From: Pseudovirgaria hyperparasitica
Taxonomy: Eukaryota
NCBI GenBank assembly: GCA_010093815.1
Contig: ML996569.1
DNA: 64,000 nucleotides
Direction: 5' to 3' (one strand)
How positions within the stretch are numbered: position 1 is the stretch's first letter; the number at the start of each line of letters is the position of its first letter. Under the pieces are notes generated by a model that made no database searches, was not told the origin of the DNA, and was given only the letters and a program-made list of their open reading frames with translations. A program made the translations under genes and the position numbers. Positions 51,426 to 64,000 of the stretch are shown in pieces.

Positions 51426-51896
51426 TGTTCTAGCGCTATTTGCCAAGTTATTATATAGTGCTTCGATTTCTGAAAGTCAGCTTTTGACCCAACACAATCA
51501 AGTGTAAACAAACCAAAGGATGATCGATGAATGTAAAGAGGGCAGGAGAAGTTGGCAATATGGCTCTTGAATGGCTGTGATAGACAGTTCACGAACACAG
51601 TGTGTTTTCTCACAAGTTGAAACATGCAGGTCTATTTCGTGTACATTTGATAATGATTAATATACCGGATGAACCTCTTGCTTGTAGACCGATAGGAAGT
51701 ACATTTTTAGGCGTAGGTCCGTGCACATGATGTTGGCCATATCATTGGCCAGTGAGTACAAAGCTCCTTGTATTAGTACGCTTGTCGAGGCAATTGATAA
51801 AACTGTTGCTTGTATATCTGGCTTCAATCTTAGGTACAAAGGGTATCGAGACTTTCATGCGGAGAAATGTGTGCGAGAAAAAAACCGTGCTCACTC

Positions 51897-52846
51897 TCAA
51901 AGCACACCAGGAATGATCGCCTTCAAGCCAGCGATCTTGTCTTCTCCAAACTTTTTGATATACCATCTTCTGCCCTGTAGAGCTCTCGGTAGCATCGTCG
52001 TGATCTCGTTGACGAGGAATGCTCGCGCAGGAAAACATGCCCAGCCTCCTACGATCCAGAAACCGGTCCACTCCAACCATTCGCACAAGTAATGAGGATA
52101 AAGAATCCACTTGAAAAGCCCGTTCTTCGGGATCATGTACACTTTGTCCACGCTTTGGGGGTCTTTTCCATTTTCTTTGGCCTCACGCGCTTGTTTCCTG
52201 GCCGCGGCACGCCGGATCTCTCGCAGATCATCGTCATGGTACATGTTTGCAATGAGTCCAAAACCCCACATAATCATTCCTGGGTATATTCTGAATATGG
52301 CATCATCCCAGTGAGCGGTTGTGGTCGGACCGTGCCCAGCAAGCCACCCGCCAATGCAGGTTGCGTTGGCGAACTGGAAGCCTACAGCTGATGCCCATAC
52401 GAAGAAATGGATAGGACTCATGCTTGGATTGAGAATGGGCGATAGAATCGCGCGGTAAATGTAATGTATGGTGAACATCCCAGCCATCGTCCAATTGCCC
52501 CATGGAAGCTCCGCCAGCCCGACTTCTTTAGGTAGTGTGTTCATGATGTATAGCAAGGTTATAAAGCCTGGCACCTCCATTGTGATCCATGCTATTTTCC
52601 CTGGAATGTTGAAGCGCGATGCGTAGCTTGTCTTCCCAGCTGGGTACCAGTCCTGGAGGACCCATTGAAAGGCAGTGACCTGGTTATAGCATGTTAGTGA
52701 TAGCGCGGGTCGTAGTACATAGTCCATATGCAAATGTTACTCTCAATGTGGCATCATGAACGTACGATTGGGAAGTAGACCCAGACGTTGGAGACAAGCT
52801 CCCAATGCTCACGCGATGGCGGAAGCCAGCCCTGAATCAGAGGCAT
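51897..52846 (-). CDS. 3-oxo-5-alpha-steroid 4-dehydrogenase (steroid 5-alpha-reductase family)
   Basis: AWITMEVP, HYIYRA, NMYHDD.LR, Y.IPKNGLF, PHYLCEWLEW. Exon 1 MPLIQGWLPPSRE; intron ~52680-52765. Confidence 0.88.
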
Positions 52847-53556
52847 AGTGTGATGCGAGACAGTTCGCTTACAGCGCGTCAAGTAAGTAAGGTATTTGAC
52901 AAGAATGCCAAGATGGTACCACAAAACGGAGATGAATCATCAATCCGACGCAGAACGTGGAAGTAGAATGAATCATGGGTGGTGCGGGAGCGCAGCCACG
53001 AGCAGGTCAAGTGGACACACCAAGTCCCAGGGTGGTGTTCGGCGATCGATCATGTGATACGACTTTCACGACGACTGATTCGGAGTGAAAACACACAGGA
53101 TGGCCTGAATAGTTCAGACTTATGCCCAAGAGACGTGTGAGTGGCTTTAGTGATATTAGAAGAACGATTATCATGACGTTCATGAAGGGCTGCACGGTTC
53201 ATAACATAACGTATCTTGCTTCAATCATAGATCCATCTGTGCTCTACCAGTCCATCATCCCGATCAGGCACTCCTTCTCTCCTCCTATTGCCATGCTTCT
53301 CCTAAAAATCCATCACTCTATGTAAGTAAGGCGTCGACGCTGCCGAATGCTGAATCAGTTGAAAGACAAGGAATGGTATGATCCGTAGAGCATGTGTATG
53401 AAAATGACGACAATGAAGCGACCCCAGGTATGATGGTGCGAATACGCCAATGAAAGTGGAATAAAATGCCCCCGATGATGTGAACGCAATGATAATGCAA
53501 GCAGAAACAGGTATCATAACGAGGTCGTTGCGGGACAAAAATGCTCAAAACCTAGT

Positions 53557-54582
53557 CTACCATAGACCAACACGTACTTGAGACTGGATTCCGTATGTTC
53601 CGCTGAGAAGTTGTTGCCGGATGCTGCTTGGGTCGTTCGCGTTGGCAGACGTTGATGCTGATCCGGAATTCATGTCACCTCCGATCCATCCGAGACTCGT
53701 TCTTAATGCATCAACAGCATCCTGCATTCGACCATGAGACTGCTGGTTGTGTTTGTTAAGTTTCTGGTCCCATCCACCATATTGTAGTTGTATTCCTCCT
53801 GCACGTTTCGCCGCCTCCTGGATGACGGCCGCCCAGGCCTTCGCCATCTCTTCGTAAGCTTCTTGTTTGTGACGATTGTTTTGAAAGTTGTCCCACTCAG
53901 GAAGGCGATGAATGACCTCAGTAGCACCGTCGAGGAATGTGAGAGAAGTTGCAGCTTGTGTCTCGTTCGGAGGCAAGAAGTGTGGAGTGTAGTCCTTTAA
54001 AGCATCAAGTAGGTTGACTAGTGCTTGTCGAACTCGATTGTATGAGTAGTCTGAGCTGTTGCGCCCACCAAATGGAAAGGAGGTTTGCAGGGATGCTTCG
54101 TACTGTCCCAGTACTCCCAAAGCAGAGCCTACGCTTGGTCGGGGGGCTGCCGCCACGACATCTGCTCCTATCTGAGGGTTCCGATCACATATGACTTGGA
54201 GTATGTTTCGCATCTCTTCTGCCGTCAGAGTCTCAAGCAGACGTGGTAGCGAGAGTGGTCTTCCGGCAAGGTTTGTTCGCATGCGTTTTGTTATACGATT
54301 TGATGATGCAGCTGGGAATGGGCGGGAGCTCATAGAAGGGGAGGTCGATGGTGATGCTGACATACGTTCATCGCTTTCGGCGCTTGCATCATCTTCTGCT
54401 TTCCGTTTACGATTCATGTTGGGCGAGTTCGAGAAGACTGGATGAAGAACGTCAGAATTGAATGCAGGCACACGCAAGAATGCTAGGTATGGCTCTGGTA
54501 ACCTACATGAGCGGGAAGGCGAAAGGCGGTTTTGGGGAAGAAGGTGGGGAGCGACGCCGACCTGTGAGAGAACGCTGTTCAT
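53557..54582 (-). CDS. STS1: Tethering factor for nuclear proteasome Sts1/Cut8
   Basis: NLS RKRKA, GRPLSLPRLLETL, APRPSV, DYSYNRVR, DYTPHFLPPNE, IHRLPEWD. Probable 69-nt intron 54438-54506. Confidence 0.9.
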   Translation of the reverse strand: MNSVLSQVGVAPHLLPQNRLSPSRSCRLPEPYLAFLRVPAFNSDVLHPVFSNSPNMNRKRKAEDDASAESDERMSASPSTSPSMSSRPFPAASSNRITKRMRTNLAGRPLSLPRLLETLTAEEMRNILQVICDRNPQIGADVVAAAPRPSVGSALGVLGQYEASLQTSFPFGGRNSSDYSYNRVRQALVNLLDALKDYTPHFLPPNETQAATSLTFLDGATEVIHRLPEWDNFQNNRHKQEAYEEMAKAWAAVIQEAAKRAGGIQLQYGGWDQKLNKHNQQSHGRMQDAVDALRTSLGWIGGDMNSGSASTSANANDPSSIRQQLLSGTYGIQSQVRVGLW

Positions 54583-55200
54583 GGCGAACTGGTGACAAGC
54601 ACCTTTTCAGAAAAGTATCGTTGGGCTGTCTATCGTTGGGCCAGTTATAGAACTGCTGCTGGAGGAGAAGGTGAGGTGCAAGTGAGGGTCGTGGGAAGAT
54701 GGTGGTTGAAGGTGGAGGAGGGCGGAAGAGCGATGTTTGGGTGATGTTGTGTTGTTCGGCTGTCCGAGAGCGCCCGTGTCAGTGCCACTCAGGTGCTAGA
54801 GTGGAATCCATGCTTCCATCGGATCACACAGTCCAACCAATCATCTTAACTAAAACAGCCATCCCGACAGCCACGAGCCACTTTGACACCACACACTCGG
54901 CACACCCACTGCGTTAATATCATGGTTGTATGCAACGTTGTCATTCTAACAGAAGATTTAGGACAATATGGGACAGTATGGGACGGTACAATCCCATCAC
55001 CCGGGACTTCAGATTGCGAGAAAATATAGGGGTGCGCTTGTGGCAGTGCAGGGCATTTCCAGCTCCCAGGCGACCACACTCACAGACCTCCTACGCGCCT
55101 AGACTCTACAGTATGAATTGCTAGCCAAAGTAACAAGTTCCGACGTTCCAACAAGAAATGTAATGGTATGAGCCATCGGAGCATCGCCTTTAAAATGCTT

Positions 55201-58200
55201 CTACAAGTACAATGAAGATGCTGCAACTAGATCTCTGCTTATCTTTTCGAGCGCCTGTTCGAATTTCTTCTCCAAATCGGGACTTCCCATAACCTTGGCT
55301 GCCTGCGCCATTTGACGAAGTAACTCTTCAAGCCTTCTGAAGAGACGTATAAGACTGCCCTCGTACACATCCGTCATTTTACTACGCACATTATGTTAGC
55401 ATGCGCCATGTGCCCTCATGACCATGGTTCAGACTTACCATATCTGAGCGAAGGTTGCCCCCTTGGTCCACGCAAAGACTACCTCCATCAACTCGGGCTT
55501 GAACGTCTTTACATATTCATCCTCATTTAGAGTCAATTTGCTTTCCTGTGATATCTTTGCAATAGTTTTGGCCTGCGCCTGAATTTCCATAAATGGCTTT
55601 GCGAGCTCGGGACGCAGATTTATCTCAGTCTTGCTTCTCTCCTCAAAGATGAAACAGCTAAGACAAGCAGCGCATTGCTCGGCGGTCAACTCGTTGAAGA
55701 AGCGGTTGAACATCAGTTCGCTCAGTAGCAGTTCATCCCCGGTGCTGATCTCGCAGGCGACACGGGCTTTGAGCTGGCAGACGTCAGACTCGTTGATAAA
55801 TCCTATGCGTCTCAAGACCCGTTTCCGACACTTGAGCTCATCAAGTTGCATGACCGATAGTGCCTTCGTTATCTCGACCTTGGTTTCCTTGATCTTTTTG
55901 GACAGCTCTACCTTCGACGCGTACTGTTCGTACAGCTCTGGCAAACGCGGCGACTCGTGTAGTGGATTCGAGAGGAGTCGGGATTCTAGAACCTCGATCT
56001 TTCGAAGAAGCTTCTTGAAAGAGTCATCCGTGATGCCCATGTTTTCTATAGGGTCTAGTATAGCGATTCCGTCGGGGAACCGCTTCTTGACTTCTTCCAA
56101 AGCCTTCCGAACCTGATTTCTTTGCTCGATGGATCTGAGTTCTTGTGGTAAGAATATTCGCAAATGTCCAATTGAGTCGATACAAGACAGAAGGACAGGG
56201 ACAACCTCCATCTTTCCCTTTTGCCCGGCGTCTGGAGGTCTTACCCCTGGAGGGAGATCGTCAACAACCGCTGTCGAGAAGTTCGCATCGCTTGCGACTT
56301 GAAGCAAGACGTCAATGATATAGGTCTGTTGTGGTTTGAGGGAAGTCAATGTTTCGCCTTTCGCGGGCTTTCTCTCCATGAAATTGACCACTGCGCCCCA
56401 TCCAAAGTCGTAGTCTTTGTATTTCACCCTTACAAGGCGCCCAGCTTGAAGAAACTGAAGACAATAATTCGGATGCGTGATCACATCGCGCATGTCTTGC
56501 GTGTAGATGTCCAGTTGCTGCCGTAAGTCGTAGTAATCACGAACAGTGTTTTCGTCTGGGATATCCATACTAGCCTTTTCACTTTCCAGCCGATGAAGAG
56601 ATTTTTCCAATCCAGAAACACTGGCTGTATTTTGGAATTGGTAGAAACAGCGCTCCAGCATGAATTCTGGGGATATGCCCTCTACCCGCATTAGGTTCAA
56701 TATCATGTTGTAACCCAGGTAGAAGGCTGAGTTGAGTTTATCTTGTTCGCCCCGTACGACTTCTTTTGCAACAGCAGGATCCATCTGAGAATCAATCATC
56801 ATAATTACAATACCTCGTTCGTCAAGGCCTCTTCGTCCGGCACGTCCGGACATTTGAATGAACTCGGATGGAGTCACCCACCGCTCTGACACACCGTCAA
56901 ATTTACGAACCTTGGTGAAGACCACTGTCTTAGCAGGCATGTTGAGGCCGATGGAAAAAGTCTCTGTAGCAAAGAGCACTTTTATAAGTCCTTCCTGGAA
57001 GAGAATCTCGATAGTCTCTTTGAGAATTGGTAGCAACCCAGAATGATGAACTCCTATACCACGGCGAAGGAGCGGAAGAATATGTTGAATCTGTGGTAAT
57101 TTACGGTCATCTTCTGACAGTGCCTCTATGGCGCTGTCGAAAACCTTACCAACCATAGCCTTTTCAGATTCGTCATTGAACGCCAGACCGCTCATCGAGA
57201 TCGCGTAATTTTCGCAATCGCGTTTGCTGAAGCTAAAGACAATAACAGGATTGAAATTCTTCATCATAATCATCTTAACAATCTTGTATATATCAGAGGG
57301 TCCTTGCTGCTGGCCGCCTTTATTGAGCTTCTTGTCTTTGCCTTTGCCTTTGCGTTTGGCCATAGCATCCGCAGGATTGTCTCCTTGTTTCTCAGCGATG
57401 GAGGACATGGCTTTTTGGAAATTCTCGTCCCTGAATGTACCCTTCTCGTCGACTACGAGATGTATGCCATCGGCACCGGCTGGGAAAAGGTAATGCTGAA
57501 GTGGGGTAGGCCTGAAATCCGTATATACTACGTGGCATGGTTGATTGTGCGTCTTTGTAATCCATTCTGCGAATTGCATAGCATTGGGAATGGTGGCAGA
57601 GAGGAACACATAGTGAACTTTGTCGGGTAGCAGTATGATGGTTTCTTCCCACACGACACCGCGCGACTTGTCTCGCAGGTAGTGTACTTCGTCGAATACC
57701 ACCCATGCGACTTCGCGCATAATCTCGGATCCACGGTACAGCATCGAGCGCAGAATCTATGTATCTTAGCATCTTGCATATAATTTTATATGATTCTCTT
57801 CTCGTACCTCTGTTGTCATAACTAGACATGTTGCCGTTGGATTGATTGTGACATCGCCCGTCATAAGTCCAACGTCGCCAAATTCAGCCATAAACTCGCG
57901 ATACTTCTGGTTGCTCAAGGCTTTGATAGGACTTGTATAGATGACTCTTTGGTTATTCTTTAAACATTGTGCGATCGCATACTCTGCCACAACAGTTTTT
58001 CCAGCACTAGTATGCGCTGACACTAGGACGCTCTCATTACGTTCAATGGATGCAATCGAGACTTGTTGAAAGGGGTCCAAGGTGAATGGCCAGGTTCTTG
58101 CTGGCGTCTCGGGAGCTTTATGTTCGGAAATGGGTACGTAGTCGTAATCTGGGGGTAGGGCGACCTGATGGCGAACCTGATGCGACAATGTTACTGCACC

Positions 58201-58485
58201 AGATTCCTGCTGTCCTTGAAGACCAGCATGTGCCTCAACCTCTCGTAATTGCTCAGTTTCGAAAGTGTCTGTGACCAGTGGCTCGGCTTCTGTGTCTCTT
58301 CGTTGTCGCTTTGGACTTGTAGATTCTGCAGCCTCGCTCTGTTCAATCTGATTTGCCTTCTTCACGCTCGCTCCATTTAGAGCCGTCGAGTCATTGTTCG
58401 CTTTCCGCTTCTTGCTTTCTTTCTGTTTCGAACTTGTTGGTGCTTTAGAATTGCCGTCGAAAACATTGAAGAGCTCGTCGTCCAT
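55201..58485 (-). CDS. MTR4: Ski2-like RNA helicase Mtr4/Dob1
   Basis: [44 protein letters not shown], arch/KOW DFGWG, C-terminal [18 protein letters not shown]. Introns 57757-57807 and ~55382-55438. Confidence 0.96.
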
Positions 58486-58847
58486 TGCTGCGTTATAAAT
58501 AAGTTGGTAGTACTAGGCTGAAAAGGCCTACAAAGAATTGACAGCTGTGCAGAGTAGCTGCAGGGGTCTATGTCGCTGCTCAAGATTCCGTTGGCCTATT
58601 TTGAAAGTGAAGCCCGTCCATTTTGCGCCAGACAATATCTGAGCTCGGACCATAACTCAACTTCGCCCGCGGTTTTGCCGGATCACCTCTACTCGCATTC
58701 ATCTATCTGGGTGGTAGAGCTCTTCAACGTCAGGTTCCATCTCTACTCTACAATTGATCACAGACGCGCACTCAACTTCACAGTATGCCACAATTACACT
58801 CCTGACATCTCGATATGTCGCCTACTCGATGAGACTGACACAAGTAG

Positions 58848-59196
58848 ATGCTGTCCCGCGCTGCCTTCCGCCCCTCCGCAAACGCATATGCGAACATGAT
58901 TGCTCGTCGGAACTTCTCAACCACTCGCGCCCAGTTCTCGAGCCCGTACCATTACCCTGAGGGGCCTCGCAGCAACATTCCATTTAACCCACTGACCCGA
59001 TTTTTCGCCCTCCGATTCTGGAGCTTTTGTTGTACGTAGCAGTACCCCCTTGTACGAACGAGGACTGGCTAATGAGGATTCAGTCGTCGGATTCTTCACA
59101 CCATTTGCTATAGCTGGTAAGCTACCCGTGATCCTCACCTCGCGTTGCAGTAGACTTACCTTTTTCTTAGTTTGGCAGACGAAGAAGAATAAGTAG
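58848..59196 (+). CDS. COX8: Cytochrome c oxidase subunit VIII (VIIc family)
   Basis: Presequence RRNFSTTRA, HYPEGPRSNIPF, FVGFFTPFAIAVWQTKKNK*. Introns 59032-59083 and 59117-59170. Confidence 0.9.
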
Positions 59197-59587
59197 GCGG
59201 ATCATGACTGAAGAACCTGGGGAATCCCGAGCTTGGCGCGGAACATAACAGATCCAGTGTGTTCATTATCGTGTACAGAAAGACCACATTATCAATATAC
59301 CTCCCATTTGTTGTATGTGGCTTGGCTCATACGGATGTGACAGAACAGGGCTCATGCCACAGTCCCAAGGCCAATACCTTCCGGCTTACTGCACTCTCGA
59401 ACTCTAGGAGAACGCTTAGGGACTAAGTAATGGTATTGACAGTTACCATGCTACCCTGCGCTAGGACGGCTTTCGCCACTTGCAGTAGTTGTGTCTTAGG
59501 TGGTAGCAACCTTTGTGCCCTGGATATTTTCGGATGAGCTAATTGTGGAAGAGTGCCGATCATTTATTATGAGAAGACTGAATGCGA

Positions 59588-61537
59588 CTAGATCAAATTG
59601 AAGGTTTCGAAGCTGGGCATCCCTACCATTAGTTCACCATCCATTGCTCCGTATACATATGCTTCCCCTAGAAGCTCATATGTTCCGTCCAGCTTTGGTC
59701 GCAGGGTAAATGGAACTATAGCCCCTTTGAAGATACAGATCACATCTCCGTCTTTAGCATCTGCTGGTGCTAGACCCACGTCTTCAGTGTCTGAAAGAAA
59801 CGGTCGCCTGGAGAAGAGATCACCGAGCGTAATTTGAAAGTTGGTAAAGTCTGCGATACCAACATACTCACCGATAGCCAACCGGTTATGAACTGCGTTC
59901 CTCGCGAGTCGATATCCATTAAGCATGACACTGCTATCTAAAGTGCCTGCTCTTCTGCGAACCGATCCCACTCGTTCCTGGTCGAAGCACAAGGTACGGA
60001 CGACTGCATCTTCGTACTTGTCTGGCTGCACCTTTTTGCTTTTCGCACAGAACTCTTCAACATCCTTCAGTAGGAATTGAAATTCGTCCCAGTCAAATTT
60101 CCAATTCTCCATCTTCGGCTTCCATGTCGACCCAGTCTCTTTGATCACGCAGATTTTCAGTCCCTCTAAGCCGAGAACGTGACACCCGTCACTTCGCCGT
60201 TCGTACGATACTACAGATGCCTGTGTATCACCGCATGCACGGAAAAATCCGTCCAATATACACTCACCACATGGGTCCATGATATGACCACTCCAGTCAG
60301 GGACCCAGCTTGGCAGACTCAACTTCCGACCCTGTTTCTGTGCCAGTGCGAGTATATCTGTGTCTCGATGCATAAGAAGCTTCAGAGCTGTATCGATGTA
60401 GACGTCCTCGATGGAAGACCCATAATCAACCTTCAAGTCCAATTCAATAGCATCTTCGGCCAGGCCCAGCAGTCCATAAACCCGATCTCTTGGATTCGTC
60501 GCCCCAAGATCAGCCTTTGGTGACGACCTTGCGTGCGTTCGAACCAAGACTTGGATGAGTCGCAGTGGTGGAACTTCCGAATTAATTCGGTTCTGATATC
60601 TTCTATACATCCCCATCATTATTCCCGGACGGGCGTCTGGAACCGTGTTTAAAAGTTTTTGAAGTTTCATCAGTAGCTGAGGATCCTTCATCAGCTTCTC
60701 GACATCGAAACTTGCCGTAATTGACCATAGATACGCGGTACCAAATAGGTGCGCACCAATCAAGCGCTCAACTGGGATATTTCTTGTACCACAGATGAAT
60801 ACGGCTTTTCTTGCGAGGCAGAGCTCCTGTACAGTCCATGTTCGGAACCACCACCAGCGACTATACAACGTCTTGATTGCCTCAATGGGATACCTTTCAT
60901 ACCCAAGCGAATCCTGCATCTCACGAATTGCAGCACGAATCTCTACATGCTGCTCTGATCCCCCAGTGGAAGTCATGAGCTCCATCAGATCGGCCTCTTT
61001 GTACGACAATACTCCCAAGCGTACAGCCAGTGCGCCTGTATCATTCATGAAGTCGATCGCTTCATCAGTATACTGGTCACCAGGCCCGAGCCAAATTCTC
61101 ACATTCTCAGCACCTGCGTAAATACGCCTCATAAGCGGGAGCTGTCCACTTTTTTCTTCGTCATCACTCTGGTTAATACACAGTGCATCAACCCAAATCA
61201 AGATTTCTGATTGCGAGTCCGAGTTTGCCCGTAAGTGTCGCAAGAATGCTTCGAGGTTGCCGGTCACAATCATGGCACTACCGGACAGAATGATGGTCGC
61301 AGGCGGTAGACGTGGACACTCTAGGGCTTCAGATACGGTCATCTGTGGAGTTCGGAAGGGGTTGTCCCAAGTGTACGATACAGCACCATATTGAGGCCGG
61401 TTTGGGAGGTCGAGACATGCTGTGATAAGTTTGCACGTCACAAAATCGAGCATGCACGAGGGATCGTATGGTTTGATGCATAACAAACGAATCTCCTGTT
61501 TGGACGAGTCTATCGGAATGGCAGTGTAATCGGTCAT
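59588..61537 (-). CDS. HET-domain (HET-6-like) heterokaryon incompatibility protein
   Basis: EIRLL, YGAVSYTW, NLEAFLRHLR, WVDALCINQSDDEEK..Q..LM.RIY, WWFRTWTVQE, DRVYGLLGL, LPSWVPDWS, GEAYVYGAMDGE. An upstream in-frame ATG near 61597 is an alternative start. Confidence 0.9.
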   Translation of the reverse strand: MTDYTAIPIDSSKQEIRLLCIKPYDPSCMLDFVTCKLITACLDLPNRPQYGAVSYTWDNPFRTPQMTVSEALECPRLPPATIILSGSAMIVTGNLEAFLRHLRANSDSQSEILIWVDALCINQSDDEEKSGQLPLMRRIYAGAENVRIWLGPGDQYTDEAIDFMNDTGALAVRLGVLSYKEADLMELMTSTGGSEQHVEIRAAIREMQDSLGYERYPIEAIKTLYSRWWWFRTWTVQELCLARKAVFICGTRNIPVERLIGAHLFGTAYLWSITASFDVEKLMKDPQLLMKLQKLLNTVPDARPGIMMGMYRRYQNRINSEVPPLRLIQVLVRTHARSSPKADLGATNPRDRVYGLLGLAEDAIELDLKVDYGSSIEDVYIDTALKLLMHRDTDILALAQKQGRKLSLPSWVPDWSGHIMDPCGECILDGFFRACGDTQASVVSYERRSDGCHVLGLEGLKICVIKETGSTWKPKMENWKFDWDEFQFLLKDVEEFCAKSKKVQPDKYEDAVVRTLCFDQERVGSVRRRAGTLDSSVMLNGYRLARNAVHNRLAIGEYVGIADFTNFQITLGDLFSRRPFLSDTEDVGLAPADAKDGDVICIFKGAIVPFTLRPKLDGTYELLGEAYVYGAMDGELMVGMPSFETFNLI

Positions 61538-61756
61538 GCTTAGATTTGGCGGAATGATACGAAATGTGTGTCCTGGAACGCAAGTTTGTATATACATGTG
61601 TCGCGCTCCTTCTGAAGGCTGACCTCCAATCAATGGCTAGCCACCTCTCGTATTCATGCACCTTTTCAGACCTCGTGCATATGGTGGCGTTCTAGCGTTG
61701 AGCTCTAGACCGACATGTCTTCGGGCGCATCCCTGACAATAACCATTGGGCAACCT

Positions 61757-63547
61757 CTATACCCATTCTAGAATTATACTGTCCCATAAGAATCCGCGCC
61801 AAAGCGTGTATCTATCAATCCTGAAGCTGAGTTTGTTCTCTCCATCATGCAGCAGCGCAACAGCAATCTCATACTGAAACAGATGCCATTCTCCAGACGT
61901 CGTCCCCGAGCGATACAAAGTTGGATCTGAGGTAATGTTCTCCTTGCCAAGGACACCAAGGATCATATCGTCATTGAGCAGTATTGTCATTCCAGCACTC
62001 TGGGAGTATCCGGCTAACGATAATGTGAGCAGTGCAGTCCGCACAGACACACGATCTGCTGGTTTGATGGCAAAGACTACATCCCAAGTACCAAGATTTG
62101 ATTGTGCATAGTACCAGTCCTTGCTGTTGGATTTTCCTACAGTGTATGTTAGGTTCGCAGGGCTGAGAGCTGCAAGGCCATGTTGGTACGGTGCACCACC
62201 ATTCTTGAAGCCAATCGCTTTCTTGTCAAAATCACCAATCTGAAATATGGACGTATGAGTAGATGGAATCACCCAGTTGAGATCGCCCAAAGCTGTCTCT
62301 TCCTTGGATGATATCACAATGTCCGAACGCGTGAAGTTGGTGTACACTCCTCCAAGGACATCACCATTGGACCAGGCGAGTAGACCATAGGTACCAGTGC
62401 GAATATTGGGGATTGAGAAGTATCCCAGGTCGTCTGCGTATGTACTGTAATAGTAATTTGACCCCTGAGCGAGTGGCCGAACACTAGTGTCTGTATCGCC
62501 GAGAAACACTGCCGCGCCAGATGCAGGGCGATCATCGGAGAGTCTCAGAGAGCCTGTTAGCGAGCCTCGAGACTGATACGACGTGTCATTGAGCCAATGA
62601 TATGGCCACTTTGAGAGTTCTTCTTTCTGTTGTCGTGCTGCGTCTGTAATTGAGCCGTTGTTCAGATACCAGAGCCATGGACCCCAGATCTTGCCTTTGG
62701 GCTGAGCTGTGGTCACACCGATCTGGAAATGAGATGTGTCCTGAACGACGTTCAGTTGTACTGTATCGCCAGTACTTGACTCCCGATGTACCTTTGTTTT
62801 TCAAGTCAGTGAACGGCTATCAGGCTGTGTTCGCGTACTCACCGTGAGTGTTTGGCTGAGATGATTCCCACTAAAGTAGTCGGTAGAAGGATGAATGTAC
62901 CACGACCCAGTCTCATGACCATACACTCCATTGAAATCACGTTCTCTCACATAGTTTGACCAGTCATACTTTGTAATGAACGAGCCATTCGCCAATTGCC
63001 AAGTTTCGTCTTGGACTTTTGTGGCATTGGCGTACATGGAGAAATCGGGCAGTGGTTCATCTTTGAGGTATGTCCTGCCGCTGGTGAACCGAATAGGATC
63101 TAAACGAAACAAGGTTCGGAAGATACTTATGTCAGGAAGAGCATGGTTGACAAAATATTGGTAGGAACCGGCGAGTCCATCGAAAATAACCCAGTGTAGC
63201 TCTCCTTCCGCTGCGAGGAAGCTGATGTCAATGTATTCGTCGGTTTGGGTGACTATTGATGCACTTTGCCACTGTAGGTTGTTCTCACCGTCTGGGACTA
63301 TGTTAGACTACTGCTTATACATAATCACGAACAGGAGTTTCAGACCATATCCTGCATAGTGTCCTACTGCAGCTCCAATAGCATCAGATCCATCGTAATG
63401 AAGTTTTGTTGCATATATCGGTCCTTGAGTGATATTCCACAGACCATTGCCAAAGATCCACGACCCATTGCCTACATGTTCCAGAAAAGGCGTAGCCACA
63501 ACGAGATCCTGTATCATTAAAGCCAGGATAAGTCCTAGGTTACACAT
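61757..63547 (-). CDS. Secreted rhamnogalacturonan lyase (polysaccharide lyase family 4)
   Basis: Signal peptide; YQYFVN, RTLFRLDP, VQDETW, TKYDWS, TVHRES.TGD.VQLN, WGPWLWYLN, WPY.WL, QIGDFD, WDSIILE. Introns 63292-63345 and 62792-62842. Confidence 0.88.
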
Positions 63548-64000
63548 GGTATTCGTCATCGCGATTCGTGAGGATTGAGTCCTGCCTAAAGCTGTGATGA
63601 ACCAGTTTTCGTTGATACTTTTATACACAGCACTGAGCGACACGTATCATATGGTAGCATTGGCCAGGCGTGCTAGTCAATCGAATGGCGTTATCCTATC
63701 CCTGTGCAGTCACTTTGATTGCATCATTAAGGTTAATCAATTCCATCCTAGTATCGGCACATCTGACACCGGAAGAGGGACTTTGGCTCCCAAATACAAA
63801 GAACAAGACAGTTCGTCATCTAGTTATTTCTTCGATCGGAATTTGTGCCGCGCAGACTAGTTGGGAGTAATAGGACTGCCAACATAAGAGCGAAAAGCGA
63901 CAATCGACTGGTCGTGAAACCAGGCTAGCCTAGTCTGGACTAGTTTTATCGGACAGCTAGGGGTAAGGTGTTCTTCATCATCATACAAACTCGCAGATCC

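Noticed and set aside
59442..59456. RFX X-box-like GTTACCATGCTAC
   Set aside because: Lies between two convergent 3' ends, not in a promoter, and is an imperfect match.

Overview
Gene-dense 64-kb segment of a filamentous ascomycete (Pezizomycotina; Eurotiomycete-like by protein content, an inference) nuclear genome. Genes carry short GT-AG introns with CTRAC branch points. About 22 protein-coding genes can be reconstructed by hand, in order: a Cys-rich hypothetical, a PTH11-like 7TM domain fused to a FucP-like MFS permease, KEX1, SFM1, CIA1, an acyl-CoA thioesterase, casein kinase I gamma, NUP133, DRE2, STF2-like, AXL2-like, EFM6, HEM2, a disordered orphan, a small secreted beta/gamma-crystallin-like protein, a PPR protein, RSM25, TatD, steroid 5-alpha-reductase, STS1, MTR4, COX8, a HET-domain protein and a PL4 rhamnogalacturonan lyase. 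No rRNA, tRNA, CRISPR or intact transposon was seen. The main leads are: (1) the receptor-transporter fusion (candidate transceptor) behind a 6.2-kb non-coding region; (2) a possible in-frame 93-nt cassette exon with a GC donor and an NLS-like motif hidden in a long CK1-gamma intron; (3) an STF2-like gene whose start codon is split by an intron and preceded by uORFs; (4) two exact tandem CBC:HapX-type motifs upstream of HEM2, in a window that also holds CIA1 and DRE2. All calls come from motif recognition and manual splicing; no database search was run.
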